From NCBI GenBank assembly GCA_965213685.1, contig CBDBZY010000007.1, positions 256,001 to 320,000 on the forward strand: a stretch of 64,000 nucleotides of DNA, in the 5' to 3' direction. A program made the translations under genes and the position numbers. This document shows positions 47,421 to 64,000 of the stretch, piece after piece (the first letter of the stretch is position 1; every line of letters begins with the position of its first letter). Below the pieces are notes generated by a model. The model had not been told where the DNA came from. It did not search any database and saw nothing but the letters and a program-made list of their open reading frames with translations. The stretch comes from a bacterium (GTDB lineage Bacteria > UBA8248).

Positions 47421-47901
47421 CTCTGCCGCTGCCTCCACGACCAGCCGGGGGAGAACGACTCGCTTCTGCAGGCCTTCCCTTCCCACCAGCACGTTCACTG
47501 CGTCGAGGCTACCAACTGTCTGAACTGCAGGTAGAGTTAAGGAAAGATCAGAGCTGCAACGCTTCACGTACGCTGTGACGGCGTGCGTGCAGAAAAAAGA
47601 AGGGTGGGGCTGATCGCGGCTTCGTACGAACACACCGAAAGAATTTATTTTTGAAAAGGATACAGCGCGGGGACGCATCTGAGAGGTGTCCCCTGCGGGA
47701 CTGCGGTCTCTGTGCCCAGGGGCTTAGCAAGGACTCTCGAAACACGAGCACTGGGACTTCCATACTGCAATCCCGTGAAGTGGTGTCCAGGCAACGAAAG
47801 CGATTATAACCCCGTACTCACTAAATACTTGTTAATATCTACCCACGTGGATGCCGTAATACATGTAGCTGAGCTGATGCAATGTGTGGAGCAGGTGCGC
47901 G

Positions 47902-51456
<3,555 letters not shown>

Positions 51457-51646
51457 CGCCACATTCATGCCATGCCGGCGTGCATAACCAGATATGTATA
51501 ATGTTATAGGTGTACACAGAATATTCATATTGTTGCTATGGTAATCACGTGATCGTGTACAAACATTTCGGTGGGAGGGGCTCGTTGTTGGCTCAAACCT
51601 AATTCGGTGTGATAGTGGATATATTTTGGAGTCAGCTGTTTCGGCG

Positions 51647-58064
<6,418 letters not shown>

Positions 58065-58239
58065 TAAAAGGACCTGTTATTTAACAAGATTTGTACATGA
58101 TCATCTGAACATGCTTACATCAAGAATATGTCGTACATATGTACACACCTTCTGTAGGTACACACTTTCGTATAATTATGTGTACTATCACAATCTCAAT
58201 ATAATTTAGTGGTATAACTATAAGTAGTGGCAGTGGCAA

Positions 58240-58443
58240 TGGTAGTGGTAGTGGTAGTGGTAGTAGTGGTAGTGGTAGTGGTAGTGGTAGTAGTGGTAGT
58301 GGTAGTGGTAGTAGAATTTGTAGTAGTCATGTAGGACTAGTATACTACAAATTCTACTACTACTACTACTACTACCACTACTATTACTATTACTACTACT
58401 ACCACTACCACTACCACTACCACTACCACTACCACTACTACCA
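58240..58443. repeat. Foldback of (GTA/GTG)n against (TAC/CAC)n with an 18-bp perfect IR containing a non-repetitive core
   Basis: gtagtagaatttgtagta (58308-58325) and tactacaaattctactac (58343-58360) are reverse complements, extended by complementary microsatellite arms. Confidence 0.85.
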
Positions 58444-58927
58444 GGAGCGTGCGCTTAATATGGGCTCTTGCTACTACTACTACTACTAAGTTTATATACA
58501 AGCAGGTCAGCCATTCAAGCTACATAATGGTGTTTGTGTATGTGTGTGTTAAAAACCACTTGGAATGTCATTGTCTTAATTAATAAGCTCATGAATGTAC
58601 ATTACAGGGGGTGTGGCCTGCTATATTATTGATTTGTTCCAGCAGCGGTGTGTACATACAGTCATGTACTGTGCATGCAAAGTATAGTTAAAAAACAAAA
58701 TAAATAATTATTGTGGTTTTGCATAAATTCCTTGCAAGATTAATTTTAAGAAATGCCATTATACACATACATGTACATACTATTCCATAGTTACACAAAG
58801 CAAAACAAATGTTTGTGTGTCGGACATGCCGTCGGAGTGGTTATGGGTGTATGGGGACATATGCAATGGGCTGGATGGGAGAGAATGCGTTTGGGCTAGA
58901 GTCAGTGCTAGGAGGCAGTTGGATGGA

Positions 58928-63870
<4,943 letters not shown>

Positions 63871-63927
63871 GGCTGGAATTAGGTAGTGTGCCTTTCTTCC
63901 TAAGAAAGAGCGTGAAAGACGGAGAGT

Positions 63928-64000
63928 ATGCCGCTGCGGTACCGGCAGATGATGGCAGCAGTGCAGCTGCTAGACAATCGCAAACGCAAGGTTCTATTTA
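63928..64000 (+). CDS. Possible first exon of a gene divergent from DNAI2 (runs off the window)
   Basis: Open frame MPLRYRQMMAAVQLLDNRKRK.. starts 57 bp from the DNAI2 ATG; no recognised homology. Confidence 0.2.
   Translation, partial: MPLRYRQMMAAVQLLDNRKRKVLF

Noticed and set aside
47783-47795. RFX X-box-like GTGTCCAGGCAAC upstream of FAM227
   Set aside because: Imperfect single match; not distinguishable from chance without conservation data.

Overview
Gene-dense, intron-rich eukaryotic (animal) DNA. It is most plausibly a sponge or similar early-branching metazoan; this is an inference from the compact spacing, the CA/CCCT microsatellite-filled introns, the intronless TRIM-NHL paralogs and the MITE styles. 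Most ORF-track entries are exon fragments or microsatellite artefacts. By manual splicing I reconstruct, in order: an intronless secreted ependymin-like protein (+), TEPSIN (+), METTL25B (+), USP36 (-), MED11 (+), a secreted CUB-domain protein (-), PWP2 (-), NUDCD3 (-), NDUFAB1 (+), a FAM227 protein (-), PGS1 (+), an L-domain receptor tyrosine kinase-like protein (+) and DNAI2 (-). PWP2 intron 4 hosts two tandem, same-strand, intronless RING-Bbox-coiled coil-filamin-NHL genes. The most notable observations are this nested TRIM-NHL pair, the receptor kinase with an LMTK-like, possibly inactive kinase domain, the possibly foreign intronless secreted gene, a set of unusual splicing signals (candidate U12 intron, GC donors, (CA)n acceptors, an 18-nt microexon, a possible exitron), very short same-strand intergenic gaps, and several small transposons with visible TIRs/TSDs. 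Gene names come from remembered family motifs, not database searches. Coordinates were read by eye and may be off by a few bases.
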